Source of the DNA: Rhodospirillales bacterium | GTDB lineage: Bacteria > Pseudomonadota > Alphaproteobacteria > Geminicoccales > Geminicoccaceae | Direction of reading: 5' to 3' | NCBI GenBank assembly: GCA_015490605.1 | Contig: WFXL01000005.1 | Span: 1-56,964, forward strand | DNA: 56,964 nt | Position numbers and translations under genes: made by a program | In this document: one piece after another, positions 18,982 to 27,678 of the stretch | Position numbering within the stretch: the first letter of the stretch is position 1 | Layout of the letters: the number at the start of each line of letters is the position of its first letter | The notes under the pieces: generated by a model | What the model was told of the DNA's origin: nothing | The model's database searches: none | What the model saw: only the letters and a program-made list of their open reading frames with translations

Positions 18982-20343
18982 TCAGACGTTGAGCAGCAGG
19001 TGTTCGCGCTCCCAGCTGGAGATCACCCGCTGGTAGGCATCGTGTTCGGCGCGTTTGACCGCCAGCAGCAGTGCCACGAACTCCTCGCCCAAGAGTTCCT
19101 TGAGGGGCGGGCACTGGTGGAGCTTGCGCATGGCATCGGGCATCTGCTGCGGCAGCGTCTGGGCGAGGCGATAGGCGCTGCCCTCCACCGGTTCGGTGGG
19201 CTCGAGCCGCTGTTCCAGGCCCAGCCAGCCGCAGGCGAGAGTAGCGGCGATGGCGAGATAGGGGTTGGCATCGGCCCCGGCCACACGGTTTTCCACCCGG
19301 GTGGCCTCGGGGCGCGATTCCGGCACCCTCAGGCCCACGGTGCGGTTCTCGATACCCCAGTGGACGTTGATGGGGGCGGTGGACCACCGGCGCAGGCGGC
19401 GGTAGGAGTTGACGTTGGGCGCGAGCAGCAGCATCGCCGCGGGCAGATATTTCTGCAGGCCGCCGATGAAGTGGTAGAAGGTCGGGGAGAAGCGCTCGCC
19501 GTCGCGCCCGGCGAAGGCGTTGCGGCCGCTCGCCTCATCATAGAGGCTCACATGCACATGCATGGCCGAGCCGGGCTCGGTCTCCATGGGCTTGGCCATG
19601 AAGGTGGCATAGATGCCGTGCTTGAGGGCCGCCTGGCGGACGGTGCGCTTGAACAGAAAGGCCTGATCGGCGAGCTCCAGCGGGTCGCCGTGGTTGAAGT
19701 TGATCTCCATCTGCGCCGCCCCAGCCTCGTGGGTGAGGGTGTCGATGTCGATCTCCATCACCTCACACCAGTCGTAGACGTCCTCGAACACCGGGTCGAA
19801 CTCGTTGACCGCATCAATACCGAAGCTCTGGCGCGCGGTTTCGGGCCGGCGTGAGCGCCCTACCGGGGGCTCCAGCGGATAGTCGGGATCGGTGTTGATC
19901 TTGGTGAAGAAGAACTCCAGCTCGGGCGCCACCACCGGCCGCAGGCCGGCCTCGCGATAGCGCGCCAGAATGCGCTGCAGCACATGGCGGCTGTAGAAGG
20001 GCACCGGGCGACCGTCGTGATAGTGGCAGTCGACGATCACCACCGCCGTGGGCTCATCATACCAGGGCACGAGCCGCAGCGAATCGGGATCGGGTCGCAG
20101 CCGCACATCCCGGTCCACCGGATCGATGACCCCATCCTCCGGGTCCTCGCCGGTGACGGTCTGGGCAAAGATGCTCTCGGGCAGCCGCAGCGTGTCCTCC
20201 TCGACGGTGCGAAGGAACTTGTCGGTGGGGAGGATCTTGCCGCGGGCAATGCCGTTGATGTCGGGAAGGATGCACTCCACCTCGGTGACGTGGTGCTCAC
20301 GCACCCACGCTTCAAAACGCCGTCGCGTCGCTTGGCCGTCCAT
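18982..20343 (-). CDS. puuA: Glutamine synthetase family protein, gamma-glutamylpolyamine synthetase-like
   Basis: PELEFFF, GSAMHVHVSL, NSYRRL and NRTVGLRVP are GS catalytic-domain blocks. I place the start at ATG 20343 (MDGQATRRR). Confidence 0.8.
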   Translation of the reverse strand: MDGQATRRRFEAWVREHHVTEVECILPDINGIARGKILPTDKFLRTVEEDTLRLPESIFAQTVTGEDPEDGVIDPVDRDVRLRPDPDSLRLVPWYDEPTAVVIVDCHYHDGRPVPFYSRHVLQRILARYREAGLRPVVAPELEFFFTKINTDPDYPLEPPVGRSRRPETARQSFGIDAVNEFDPVFEDVYDWCEVMEIDIDTLTHEAGAAQMEINFNHGDPLELADQAFLFKRTVRQAALKHGIYATFMAKPMETEPGSAMHVHVSLYDEASGRNAFAGRDGERFSPTFYHFIGGLQKYLPAAMLLLAPNVNSYRRLRRWSTAPINVHWGIENRTVGLRVPESRPEATRVENRVAGADANPYLAIAATLACGWLGLEQRLEPTEPVEGSAYRLAQTLPQQMPDAMRKLHQCPPLKELLGEEFVALLLAVKRAEHDAYQRVISSWEREHLLLNV

Positions 20344-21112
20344 GCCGGTTCCATCGTGCTGCGGCGCGGCGCCGGGCGGCTGCTGCGAAGGCCTCGAACA
20401 GCCGCAGATAGTCGGGATTTTCGCGCACGCGCCATTCGGGATGCCACTGCACCGCAAGAGCGAAGGCGGCAGCCCCCTCCACACTCACCGCCTCGATGGT
20501 GCCATCCTCGGCCACCGCCTCCACCCGCAGCCCCGGGGCCAGGCGGTCGATTCCCTGGCCGTGGAGCGAGTTGACCTCGAGCTCGCGCACACCGAACAGG
20601 CGTTCCAGCATGCCGCCCGGCAGGATGCGCACCCGATGCACCGGCGCATAGCGCTCGGCCCAGGGGCGGCTCTTCTCGGAGCGGTGGTCGCGGCGGCCGG
20701 CGACCTCATGCAGGCGCGGATGGAGCGTGCCACCGAGGGCCACATTGAGCTCCTGGATGCCGCGGCAGATGGCAAAGAGCGGCACCCCCAGCGCCAGCGC
20801 CCGGGGAATCAGCCGCAGCACCGTCTCATCCCGGGCAGGATCGAGCGGCTCATCCGGCGGTGGGGTAGGGCCGCCGTAGCGCCAGGGCTCGATGTTGGAG
20901 GGGCTGCCAGTCACCAGCAGGCCGTCGAGGCCGGCCAGAAGGTCATCCACCTCAAGGCGTGCCCCCAGAGCGGGGACGATCACCGGCACCGCCCCGGCCC
21001 CGTCGACGACGGCATCCACATATTTGTCCACCACCCGGTGGACCGCATAATGGTCCTCGCGTCGCAGACAGGCGGTCACGCCCACGAGCGGGCGCGGCGT
21101 GGCGGGGTCCAT
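20312..21112 (-). CDS. puuD: Gamma-glutamyl-gamma-aminobutyrate hydrolase-like class-I amidotransferase (peptidase C26)
   Basis: PLFAICRGIQELNVALGGTL, NSLHGQ and VQWHPE are typical. Its 3' end overlaps the puuA-like start by 32 nt. Confidence 0.8.
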   Translation of the reverse strand: MDPATPRPLVGVTACLRREDHYAVHRVVDKYVDAVVDGAGAVPVIVPALGARLEVDDLLAGLDGLLVTGSPSNIEPWRYGGPTPPPDEPLDPARDETVLRLIPRALALGVPLFAICRGIQELNVALGGTLHPRLHEVAGRRDHRSEKSRPWAERYAPVHRVRILPGGMLERLFGVRELEVNSLHGQGIDRLAPGLRVEAVAEDGTIEAVSVEGAAAFALAVQWHPEWRVRENPDYLRLFEAFAAAARRRAAARWNRHGRPSDATAF

Positions 21113-21250
21113 GGCTTCGCTCTCGCGCGATGGGCGGAGCCCTGCTCCGCCCGACCGCTTCTCGATCTAAACCGGGGCCGGCGAGGCTTCAACGCCGCCG
21201 GCACGAGCGGCATCCGTGCGGCTCCTGCCGCTCCGAAGAGAGGGCGTGCC

Positions 21251-21679
21251 TCAGCCGCTGCGGATGGCGATCTTGCGCGGCTGCGGCCGTTCGGGAAGGA
21301 TGCGCTCGAGCTCGATCACCAGAAGACCGTTCTCGAGGCTCGCGCCCAACACCCGCATCTGCTCGGCCAGCTGGAAACGGTGTTCGAAGGCGCGCCGGGC
21401 GATGCCGCGGTGGAGATACTGCACGCCGTCCTCCTCCTTGCGGCGCAGGCGGCCACGCACCACCAGCTGGTGGTCCTCGGTCACCACCTCGAGATCGTCG
21501 GGGCCGAAGCCGGCCACCGCCATGACGATGCGATAGCGGCGCTCGTCCAGCTTGACGATGTCGTAGGGCGGATAGGTGCTCTCGCGGGCGGGTTCGCGGA
21601 AGACGCTCTCGAACAGCTTGTCGAGGGTATCGAAGCCGACAGTGGAGCGCAGCAGCGGGCCGAGATCGAACTCACGCAT
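21251..21679 (-). CDS. Small heat-shock protein (Hsp20/IbpA family)
   Basis: It has the alpha-crystallin domain: YPPYDIVKLDERRYRIVMAVAGFGPDDLEVVTEDHQLVVRG......GIARRAFEHRFQLAE....GASLENGLLVIEL. Confidence 0.9.
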   Translation of the reverse strand: MREFDLGPLLRSTVGFDTLDKLFESVFREPARESTYPPYDIVKLDERRYRIVMAVAGFGPDDLEVVTEDHQLVVRGRLRRKEEDGVQYLHRGIARRAFEHRFQLAEQMRVLGASLENGLLVIELERILPERPQPRKIAIRSG

Positions 21680-21782
21680 GGGTAGTCCTCCTTCGAGCGA
21701 CGACGCCAGGGGCGACCATCGTCCGCCCGTGACGTCTCCCTGAGGTGCGGCCCCCGCCGAGGGCGAGCCGCTTCATCTCTGC

Positions 21783-21811
21783 AGGTGGGGATTGACCGTT
21801 GCGGGTTCAAC
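21783..21811 (-). promoter_or_regulatory. Sigma32 (RpoH)-type heat-shock promoter for hsp20
   Basis: The minus strand reads TTGAAC-N14-CCCCACCT, against the consensus CTTGAA-N13-17-CCCCATNT. It lies about 100 nt upstream of the hsp20 ATG. Confidence 0.55.
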
Positions 21812-21913
21812 GGTCGGCGTGCCGGCGGTATCCTGTGATCATAAAGGCTCCCGAGGTCTTGATGACATTCTGCGGCGTCAACGGTCGCGGTCAGCAGCGG
21901 GCTCACACCGCGC

Positions 21914-24199
21914 TCACACCACGGCTTGGGGGTACTGCTGGAGGAGGTCATCCACGGGTGTGGCGCCGAAGCGGGCGGGCAGGGCGGCAAGCTCAACGGT
22001 GGTGCCATCGCCGAACACCAGAACCTCCATCCCCTTGGCCTGATCCCGGCCCTCATCCCCATCCGCCGGATCCACATCCGCCATCACCAGCCGCCGGCCT
22101 CGCCGGGCAAGCTCATAGCCCGAAGGATCGCCCAAGAGCTCCCACACATCCCGGCCTCCACCGCCATCGAGACGGTCATTGCCGGCGCCCCCTGTGAGCC
22201 GATCATCCCCGCCATCGCCCCGAAGCCGATCGTTGCCGCCATCGCCCCGCAGCACATCATCCCCATCGCCGCCGCGCAGCTGGTCGGCGCCGGCACCGCC
22301 CTCGAGCCGATCAGCCCCCGCATCGCCCATCAGCCGGTCAGCGTCGTCGCCACCCCTAAGCACATCATCCCCAAGCCCGCCGCGCAGCCGGTCACGTCCG
22401 GGGCCGCCGTCCAGCTGGTCGGCATCCGCCCGGCCCTCGAGCCGGTCGTTGCCGGGACCACCCAGCAGCACATCATCCCCATCGCCGCCATCCAGCCGGT
22501 CGTTGCCGCCTCCGCCTTCCAGCCGATCGGCGCCCCCATCGCCCATCAACCGATCGGCATCATCACCACCCCGCAGCACGTCGTCGCCGGCGCCCCCCAT
22601 CAGCCGATCGCGCCCGGGGCCGCCGTCGAGCTGATCGCGGCCGGCCTCACCCCAGATGCGATCATTGCCACCCTCGCCAAAGGCGATGTCATCGCCGCCG
22701 CCGAGTCGCAGCTGGTCGTGACCACCACGGGCGTAGACGGTCTCGGCCTGATCGGTTCCACGGAAGCGGTCGCGGCCGTCGGTGAGGGTGTGGTCGGCCG
22801 GAGCCGGAGCCCCCGGCGTGGTGTTGGTGAGTTCCAGCACCACATAATCACGCGCCCGTTCGACGGCGGTAAACGCGCCGGCGCGGTGTCCCTCGAGTCG
22901 CACCTGCGCAGTCGCAAGGCCGTCATCCAGGTGGAGCTGCAGGGTGCCGCCGGTGGTGCTGGTCCACCAGCGCAGGGCCCCGGCCGCTGGAGTATCGACG
23001 CGCAACTGATCGCGACCGGCCTCGAAGCCGACGATCACATCGTCCGCGAGGTCACCGAGGGTGCCGGCGTAGGTGTCACGTCCGGGTCCGCCGTCGAGGC
23101 GATCGCGGCCGCTGCCACCGGTGAGCACATCGTCACCGTCGCCGCCCTCGAGCCGGTCGTCGCCAGCACCGCCCACCAACCGATCGTCGCCGGCACCACC
23201 CACCAGATGATTGGCCACATCATTGCCGATCAGGAGGTCGTCACCGGCACCGCCGAGCGCATCCTCGATCACGGTGCTTCCGAGGATGGCGAGATTGCCC
23301 TCGGCGGCGAAGAAACTGTCGAGTCCGCTGCCGCGCCGGCCGATGCTGGAATAGGCGCCCGGGCGCAGGTCGATCTCCACCGGCAGCAGCTGGGCGGAAG
23401 CATCGATCACATCGCGACCGCCGGTATCGTAGAGGGTGGCGACTGTTGCGATCTCGTCGGGAAACACATAGCGATCATCGCCGCCACGATAGCCGGGGCG
23501 CAGGCCATAGAGCCGCTCGAGGGCCGCGAAGTCGAGCGGCATGGGTGTGCGCGGGGCGATGTCGAGATCGCCATAGCGGGCATCCTCCCCCACGCCGGGA
23601 TGGGCGGTGTAGGACATGAGGGTAAAGCGCCAGTTGTCCCGGCTGGTGTTCAGGGGCGGCGTGCCGGCAAAGGGATGGCCGAGACCGAGGGCATGACCGA
23701 TCTCGTGCAGCAGCGTGTGGAAACCGCCGGAGCCGGGCTCATAGGCCAGATTGTCGGGGGCGTAAGGATCGATCACCACTTCTGCCCCCACCAGCTGGGC
23801 GCCCAGGGCCTGGGGATAGGTGACGCCGGCCCAGGTGAGATCGGAGTCGCCAAAGGCAAAGCGCAGATCGGCCCCGGCCGAGTCCCACCCGCCATAGGGC
23901 ACGAAATCGATCAGGAAACGATCCTCATAGATGGCGAGGGCCCGTTCGATGGCGGCCCGCTCCGCCGCCGTGGGGGCCCGGGGTGAGGTGAAGTCGGTTC
24001 CCTCGCCCAGGAGTGGCGTATCGCCGGGCGCCCAGAAGTCGTAGGTGATACGTGCCGGACGTCCGGGCCGCTGCGGCCAGCTCAGGGGGGTGCCATCGAA
24101 GGCTCGCATGAAGAGGGACTCGACATCCTTAGGATCATAAGCATAAATCATGGGAAATCCGCCCCTTCCATGCTCATCTGACGGGAGTCTGGACATCAC
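21914..24199 (-). CDS. Serralysin-like (M10B) zinc metalloprotease with RTX calcium-binding repeats; type I secretion substrate
   Basis: It has the HEIGHALGLGH zinc site (aa 165-175), an LMSY Met-turn and two blocks of GGxGxD nonapeptides (aa 316-378 and 490-685). The start is ambiguous among GTG 24199, ATG 24196 and ATG 24151. Confidence 0.85.
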   Translation of the reverse strand: MMSRLPSDEHGRGGFPMIYAYDPKDVESLFMRAFDGTPLSWPQRPGRPARITYDFWAPGDTPLLGEGTDFTSPRAPTAAERAAIERALAIYEDRFLIDFVPYGGWDSAGADLRFAFGDSDLTWAGVTYPQALGAQLVGAEVVIDPYAPDNLAYEPGSGGFHTLLHEIGHALGLGHPFAGTPPLNTSRDNWRFTLMSYTAHPGVGEDARYGDLDIAPRTPMPLDFAALERLYGLRPGYRGGDDRYVFPDEIATVATLYDTGGRDVIDASAQLLPVEIDLRPGAYSSIGRRGSGLDSFFAAEGNLAILGSTVIEDALGGAGDDLLIGNDVANHLVGGAGDDRLVGGAGDDRLEGGDGDDVLTGGSGRDRLDGGPGRDTYAGTLGDLADDVIVGFEAGRDQLRVDTPAAGALRWWTSTTGGTLQLHLDDGLATAQVRLEGHRAGAFTAVERARDYVVLELTNTTPGAPAPADHTLTDGRDRFRGTDQAETVYARGGHDQLRLGGGDDIAFGEGGNDRIWGEAGRDQLDGGPGRDRLMGGAGDDVLRGGDDADRLMGDGGADRLEGGGGNDRLDGGDGDDVLLGGPGNDRLEGRADADQLDGGPGRDRLRGGLGDDVLRGGDDADRLMGDAGADRLEGGAGADQLRGGDGDDVLRGDGGNDRLRGDGGDDRLTGGAGNDRLDGGGGRDVWELLGDPSGYELARRGRRLVMADVDPADGDEGRDQAKGMEVLVFGDGTTVELAALPARFGATPVDDLLQQYPQAVV
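22145..22732 (-). repeat. RTX nonapeptide repeat block containing an internal ~216-bp (72-aa) tandem duplication
   Basis: aa 526-578 (GGPGRDRLMGGAGDDVLRGGDDADRLMGDGGADRLEGGGGNDRLDGGDGDDVL) nearly repeats at aa 598-650 (GGPGRDRLRGGLGDDVLRGGDDADRLMGDAGADRLEGGAGADQLRGGDGDDVL). Confidence 0.8.
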
Positions 24200-25068
24200 G
24201 CATTCCAGCGAACGGTGCCGAGCTCGGCAATGTCATAGCCGCCAAGCTCGCGTGCACGGGCGCGGAAGCGTGGCGTGCGCGCAAAAGCCCACAGCCGCTG
24301 CAGCGGCGGCTCGAACCAGGCACGGCGGTCCACCAGCAGATCGAAGGACTCCCGCAAAAGCGGCACAAAGCCGAGACCCAGGGGACGGGCCAGGGCCTCA
24401 AGGCCAAAGCCCACATCCGCCCGACCCTCCACCAGCATCATGGCGAGCTCATGCTCGGTCCGGGCGGGCGGTGTCACCGGCTCGAAATCGCCAGGACCGA
24501 GGCCGCTCTCCTCCAGCAGATGGGCGAACAGGCGCGCCGCACCCGAGCCCGGCTAGCGCATCACCACCCGAAGACCACGGATGTCGGCAAGGTGCTGCAC
24601 CCGCGCGGCCACGGCCGGTGCCAGCAGCAGGCCGCGGCTGCGCTGGGCCCATGCCACCAGGACCGCCGGCAGATGGGCCGCCCGGGTGGCCACCAGCGGC
24701 ACATTGAAGCGACCGCTTGCGGGATCGAACAGATGAAGGGCGGCCACCGCCGCCCGGCGGGCGAGGAACAGCTCGAGGCCGGCCTCGCTGCCGTCGAACC
24801 AGCTGGCAAGACCACTGCCGGACTCCCGCAGCGCCCATTCCAAGAGCGGATCATGCGAGCCGGCCAGCACGTCCGGCGGCGGGGAAGGGGTAATAGCCTG
24901 CGCCTGCGGCGTGATCCGGGCAAGTACGGCGGTGCGGGGGAACAGCAGCCGGCCTGTGATACGCACGGCCGGCAGCTCGCCGCGGCGGGCGAGCTCATAG
25001 ACCCGCCGTTCCTTGAGGCGCAGAAGCCGCGCGACCTCGCGGGTGGTGAGGTACTCGGGTTCGCTCAC
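24196..25068 (-). pseudogene. HTH (excisionase/MerR-like) plus periplasmic-binding-protein-like domain regulator, interrupted by an in-frame TAG at 24553..24555
   Basis: ORFs 24553..25116 and 24196..24477 are in the same frame. Read through the TAG, they give ...RGLRVVMR*PGSGAARLFAHLLEESGLGPGDFEPVTPPARTEHELAMMLVEGRADVGFG.... The GTG start at 25068 follows GGGAGGAGGG. The stop overlaps the protease GTG (GTGA). Confidence 0.7.
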
Positions 25069-25157
25069 GGTCCACCCTCCTCCCGCTGCATATCGGCATA
25101 GCACGGCAGGGGGCACGGGAACACGGCGGTGCGGAGGCTTCCCCCATCTTCGGCTTT

Positions 25158-25880
25158 GTGGGCATGAGCCCGGCCGCTATAACGACCAGCGCCGGCGGCC
25201 ATGGAGGGATCTTGGGCTTCTATCTGAGGCGGGTTTTGCCGCTGCTGCTCCACCAGGTGATGCGCCGGCCGCGGTTCTTGCCCTGGCGGCGGCGCCTTGT
25301 GGCCGAGGCGGCAGGCGAGGTGCTGGAGATCGGCATCGGCTCGGGCCTCAATCTGCCGCTCTACGGCCGCCGGGTGCGCCGGGTGGTAGGGGTGGATCCC
25401 TCGAGCGCACTGCTGGCGCGGGCCCGGCAGGCGGCCACATGGCTGGATGTGCCGGTGGAGCTGCATGAGGGTGGGGCCGAGACGCTGCCGCTTGCGGAGG
25501 CCGCGGTGGATACGGTGGTGAGCAGCTGGACCCTGTGTTCGGTGGCGGACCTCGACCGGGTGCTGGCGGAGATCCGGCGGGTGCTGCGCCCGGGCGGGGT
25601 GTTCCTGTTCCTCGAACACGGGCGCGCGCCCGAGGCCGCCGTGGCCCGCTGGCAGCAGCGGCTGACCCCCTGTTGGCGCCGCCTTGCCGGCGGCTGCCAT
25701 CTCGACCGCGATATCCCGACAGCCCTGAGGCGCGCGGGCTTTCGCGTCGAGCTCCGGGACCAGGGGCATCTGATCGCCGGCCCCCGGATCCTCACCTGGC
25801 ACTGGCGCGGGCGGGCCATCCCCGACCCCGCACCGGGCCCGGGACCCCACGCCGAGGCAGGGAGCGACAGGCCACGATGA
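25158..25880 (+). CDS. Class I SAM-dependent methyltransferase
   Basis: It has motif I VLEIGIGSGLNL and post-I/II motifs (VVGVDPS, VLRPGGVFLFLEH). Confidence 0.8.
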   Translation: MGMSPAAITTSAGGHGGILGFYLRRVLPLLLHQVMRRPRFLPWRRRLVAEAAGEVLEIGIGSGLNLPLYGRRVRRVVGVDPSSALLARARQAATWLDVPVELHEGGAETLPLAEAAVDTVVSSWTLCSVADLDRVLAEIRRVLRPGGVFLFLEHGRAPEAAVARWQQRLTPCWRRLAGGCHLDRDIPTALRRAGFRVELRDQGHLIAGPRILTWHWRGRAIPDPAPGPGPHAEAGSDRPR

Positions 25881-26755
25881 GACGGGTCACGGTTGCCGCC
25901 ATCCAGACCTGGTGCGAACCCGACCGGGCGCGCAACCTCGAGCGCCATGTCCATCTGGTGCGGCGGGCACGCATGCGCGGTGCGGACATCGTGCTGCTGC
26001 AGGAACTGTTCGAATTCCCCTATTTCCCCAAGGACCAGAAGGCTGACTATTTCGAGCTGGCCCAACCGTTCGAGGACCATCCCACCATCGCCCGCATGGC
26101 CGAACTCGCGGCCGAACTCGGGGTGGTGCTGCCGGTGAGCTTCTTCGAGCGGGCCCACAACGCCTATTTCAACTCGGTGGCGGTGATCGACGCCGATGGC
26201 CGGGTGCTGGGCATCTACCGCAAATCCCACATCCCCGACGGTCCGGGCTATCAGGAGAAGTACTACTTCAATCCCGGTGATACCGGCTTTCGCGTCTGGC
26301 ACACCCGCGCGGGCGTGCTCGGCATTGGCATCTGCTGGGACCAGTGGTTTCCCGAGGCCGCCCGCGCCATGGTGCTGATGGGCGCGGAGATGCTGCTCTA
26401 CCCCAGCGCCATCGGCTCCGAGCCCCAGGATCCCGACTATGACAGCCGCGATCACTGGCGCCGGGTGATGCAGGGCCATGCCGCCGCCAACATGGTGCCG
26501 GTGGTGGCGGCCAACCGCATCGGCCGCGAGCAGGGGGAGAGCTGCACTGTGACCTTCTACGGCAGCTCCTTTGCCGCCGATGAGACCGGCGCCATCGTCG
26601 CCGAGGGGCCGCGGGATGAGGAGGCGATCGTCACCGCCAGCTTCGATCTCGATGCCATCCGCACCCGTCGCGCCGGCTGGGGGCTGTTCCGCGACCGCCG
26701 CCCGAATCTCTATCTGCCGGTGCTGAGCCTCGACGGACGCGGCACCGCCTTCTGA
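25877..26755 (+). CDS. aguB: N-carbamoylputrescine amidase (nitrilase superfamily)
   Basis: VTVAAIQ....D...N......VR.A...GADIVLLQELFE.PYF, GIGICWDQWFPE and YPSAIGSEP. It overlaps the methyltransferase stop by ATGA. Confidence 0.9.
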   Translation: MRRVTVAAIQTWCEPDRARNLERHVHLVRRARMRGADIVLLQELFEFPYFPKDQKADYFELAQPFEDHPTIARMAELAAELGVVLPVSFFERAHNAYFNSVAVIDADGRVLGIYRKSHIPDGPGYQEKYYFNPGDTGFRVWHTRAGVLGIGICWDQWFPEAARAMVLMGAEMLLYPSAIGSEPQDPDYDSRDHWRRVMQGHAAANMVPVVAANRIGREQGESCTVTFYGSSFAADETGAIVAEGPRDEEAIVTASFDLDAIRTRRAGWGLFRDRRPNLYLPVLSLDGRGTAF

Positions 26756-26810
26756 GAGCAAGAGGTTGCGATCCACAGACGAGCCATTTCATGAAAGAGT
26801 GGGAAGAGAG

Positions 26811-27374
26811 ATGGCTACTGACCGAATGGCGACAAGTGATGCTATCTTACTCATCATGAAAGCATTGTCATTTGCCGCATGCAAGCACATGAACCATCGT
26901 CGCAAAGGAAAATTTCAGGAGCCTTACATCAATCATCTCGTGGAAGTGGCGGAGATGGTCGCACGAGCCACCGGGGGCAGGGACCCCGTAGCCGTGGCCG
27001 CAGCGCTACTGCACGATGTGGTAGAGGATACCGAGACAGAACGGGAGGAGCTGGAACAGGAATTCGGTAGCGAGATCGCAACCATCGTGGCCGAACTTAC
27101 CAAAGACAAGCATTTATCACGTGATGAAAATCGCAAGAGAGAAGTCCAAAGGGTTAAGACGTACTCTCCAAGAGCGCGTATTATACGCCTTGCCGATAAA
27201 TTGAATAATCTACAATGGCTTGATAAAAGCCCTCCTGCCAAATGGTCGCCAGAACGCTGCTTGGACTATGTGCATTTCGCCCGTCGGGTGGTGGCGGTAC
27301 TGCGCGGCACCGATGCTGAGCTTGAGGCCCAGTTCGAACAGCTGGCCAACAAGCTCGAAGCCCGATTTAAATAA
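26811..27374 (+). CDS. HD-domain (p)ppGpp hydrolase-like protein (SpoT/Mesh1-type small alarmone hydrolase)
   Basis: ALSFAACKHMNHRRKGKFQEPYINHLVEVAEMV......AALLHDVVEDT matches the RelA/SpoT hydrolase HD signature. ATG 26811 follows GGGAAGAGAG. The gene is visibly AT-richer than its surroundings. Confidence 0.75.
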   Translation: MATDRMATSDAILLIMKALSFAACKHMNHRRKGKFQEPYINHLVEVAEMVARATGGRDPVAVAAALLHDVVEDTETEREELEQEFGSEIATIVAELTKDKHLSRDENRKREVQRVKTYSPRARIIRLADKLNNLQWLDKSPPAKWSPERCLDYVHFARRVVAVLRGTDAELEAQFEQLANKLEARFK

Positions 27375-27678
27375 AGAAAACTCACGTCGTACGGAAGCAT
27401 CTAGGGCATGACCCCCTGATCCCGTGATCTTCGAAGGCGCACTGATGTGTCGCATGGGAGCTGAGCTGCCCTTGCCGAAGCATGATGATAGATGAGGACA
27501 CGGGATGGCGGCTTGCGACCACGACAACTCCACAACATCCTGACCACGACACTTGGGTCGATCTGATAGAGTTGGGTTTTCATCGTGGCGGCCCACGAAG
27601 GGATTGGGGGCGTCGTCGGCCATCTGATGGAGATAGGCCTTTACGTACGGCCCTCCCACGCCCTCTCTCAAGGGATGC

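Noticed and set aside
21926-23986. 686-aa + strand ORF
   Set aside because: It is antisense to the RTX protease. The repetitive translation mirrors the GGxGxD repeats on the opposite strand.
27210-27671. 153-aa minus-strand ORF, and the 60-aa ORF 27401..27583, in the low-GC islet
   Set aside because: It overlaps the 3' 165 nt of the HD-hydrolase gene. It has no SD and no recognisable domain. I kept it only as a note under the islet finding.
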